The translations under genes and the position numbers were made by a program. Of a stretch of 64,000 nucleotides of DNA, positions 61,713 to 64,000 are shown piece by piece; positions within the stretch are counted from its first letter, which is position 1; the number at the start of each line of letters is the position of its first letter. Source of the stretch: Toensbergia leucococca (lineage: Eukaryota); assembly GCA_022813965.1 (NCBI GenBank), contig JALDZS010000104.1, positions 1 through 64,000 on the forward strand. The letters run 5' to 3'. Under the pieces are notes generated by a model. It saw only the letters and a list, made by a program, of their open reading frames with translations, searched no databases and was not told where the DNA came from.

Positions 61713-64000
61713 TGTTAGGGTGAACTATAACATTACCTTTCCTCACAAGTAAGCAATGCTCTCATTGGTTGTAAAGACTGAAAGAAAAGAAATGAAAAAA
61801 TGAAATGAAAACGCTTTTGTTGTGCAGAAAAAACCATCATGTCCCTGCCTATGCCGTATTAGAAGTTGTAAATTTGTATGAGAAAATTGACGCACACATA
61901 TAAAAATGTGCATCCTGAAATTTTTTTCTGCAGTTCAGCGCGTGCAGGCGCCTGACAGTCAAACAGATACTCAGTGAGTATATAAAAGAGAGCAATGCAT
62001 CTGTTCATCTTGATATCTGCTGACTCAGTCTATAAGGATGAGGATTAGGGCTGTCAGTTAACTTTCTAACTGCAACCTCAGGGCACTTTTTTTAAGGCGC
62101 TTAACGGTGACAGGCTGAAGTCCTGAGTGCGTTCAGTTAAAGCCTTAAACAAAGACTTAACTGAGCTGCTTAATCAAGTTGCAGGTAAGCTTTAGGTGAC
62201 TTTCAGGCCTCGGAGAGCTGTTTTTGACGGTGATATAGGTAAGGTTCAGGTTTGTTCAGATACTAAGCATAAAATGCATTTATGAGTTCTTAAGAGTGCT
62301 TAAACTCATTGTCATTCACATTGTATTAGGTGTTATCTCAGAAGTAGTTATGTCATTTAACTCAGTATTAAAGGTGGTGATTGATACTGCTACTGCAGAA
62401 GTCAATGATCTCATCTATCACTCATTCATCTTGATCATCAACTATCACTGACTCAGAGGGAGTGTTGATATACCTGATAAGAGAGTTCATGACAGCAGCC
62501 TGAAGATGCATAATATAAAATACTGAGTGTATCTTTATGAAGGTCAAAAGCTCTAGTTGATAGGTGGTGTCAACTTTCTGCAAAATCTTGTACAGACCTA
62601 TGTTCTTATCATTCAGCTTGAGGCACAGCCTCTTGATCTTGATGTTGCGGCGGTTAAAAAAGACCTTCTAACTCACCTTATAGATAACATCTTTATGACA
62701 GCAGTTCACATTGTTAGTTATAATAGTTTGAGCTTATTTGAGCTGTTTCTTTATGTTTATTAGGCCATCTCTCATAGTTTCAGCAATGTCTTCTGCTTAG
62801 TGAGCAAGGAGACGTTCTTGAGTACTTTTATAAGTAAAGGTATTCCGGCTAAAACTCATCTGAGGGTGAAACCCTTTGTTTACAAAGAATAAAAACATTC
62901 TCATAGATGAGAAAACGTTATTGTTATCTGCAAGTTCTCTCATGAGTAAGTGTTAGACTCAGTCATTCTAATAGTAATTGCAATAGAGTTGAAGATAAGA
63001 CTCTATGTCTTAACTGACGCATTTAGACTGCTCATTTATCTGAGAATAAAAGGCAATGCTTGAGTGAACGTTGATAGACAGGCGGTTGCATAAGGTCTTT
63101 TACATAATAAACACAAACTGAGACCTGCGGTCTGAAACAATAGAGGCTAGCAGCTCATGCAGCTAAAAGACATTCTAAATCATTATCTTCACAGTTTACT
63201 TCACAGAGGTGCCGTTCTTATTGATAGTGTATAATATGTAGTGACGTTCCTTGCTGAGGCGGTTAATAATAATAAGAATGAAGTTCTTACCTTCAGACTT
63301 CAAAAGGTCAGTGATAAAATTAATAACAATGTTCTCTCAGTGTTTTGTAAGGATAAGCAACGGCTGCAGCAGCTTATTAAGCTTCTCTCTAGAGGCCTTG
63401 ATCTGATGACAGTCATGACAGTTTTAACAGTAACATTTCACGGAGGCTTACAATTCAAGTCAGAGATAATATCATTATAGAAGGGCTTATGTGCAAGTGA
63501 TTCTCAGATAATCACTGACTAAAGAGTTATAAACCTTCTGAAGGGTCTCAAGCCTTGACTAATTATCTGCTGAGACTTATAAATAATCTTTGCAGTAGAG
63601 AACATTATCTTTTAGAGAACATGTTCACAGACTAATGCCCTCATAGCAAGCCTTGCCTTCTGTTTAGGCTCTTTTAGCTGTCAGACACTTCAGATCAGTC
63701 TTGCTTATCTCTGCAGCCCGTTTAAACAGAGGGGATAAGGGGTCTCTCAGATTATTCTTCAGGTTTATCTCTGAGACATGATCTTTTATAAGATTATTGA
63801 TAACACCTGAAATATTTTCTTCTTTCAGGTTAAGGAGTTTAGAGATGATAGGGGTCAGCTTCATTAAAGAAGCCTTTAATCAGTCAGCTGTCAGAAGGGT
63901 CTGATGTTGATGCAGCTTTTAAGAATCATCATTTCTCAGAGATAAAGAGCTGAGCAGTCTGCTCAGAGCATCTGCCTTTGCATTCTGAGAGCTTATTTGA
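61713..64000 (-). mobile_element. Chromovirus (Ty3/gypsy) 3' part: integrase, chromodomain, PPT and putative 3' LTR (~61713-62080); continues beyond the window
   Basis: The minus strand reads LHELLASIVSDRRSQFV (HGLPASIVSDRGPQF), SIAFYSQINEQSK (STAFHPQTDGQSE) and L*Y*VK*HNY...ELINAFYA*YLNKPEP (chromodomain). Confidence 0.85.

Overview
This is a window of a filamentous ascomycete (Pezizomycotina) genome: genes carry short GT-AG introns and repeats show RIP-like transition damage. It has five parts. (1) 1-14.7 kb is gene-rich: the end of an unmutated Tc1/mariner element, a PDR-type ABCG transporter, a GT8 glycosyltransferase, an aldo-keto reductase, a DUF6536-like membrane protein and a 65-aa secreted peptide. 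(2) ~14.9-27.5 kb is an island of nested, decayed Ty3/gypsy elements. (3) ~27.5-40 kb is accessory DNA with gene relics, a copia fragment and two tandem paralogues of an unrecognised family, one interrupted only by a single TAG at a conserved Trp. (4) 40-53.4 kb holds an esterase, then a candidate immunity cluster, then a Gfo/Idh/MocA oxidoreductase. The cluster is an MLKL-like HeLo-pseudokinase head-to-head with a Ser/Thr kinase-TPR gene (two lesions in this sequence), a 4x C2H2 zinc-finger DEDDh exonuclease and an IFI6/IFI27-like protein. (5) ~54.6-64 kb is a heavily mutated LTR nest, including self-nested, oppositely oriented ~2.3-2.5 kb gag-only elements and a chromovirus integrase/chromodomain. 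All exon boundaries and family calls were made by eye; no searches were run.
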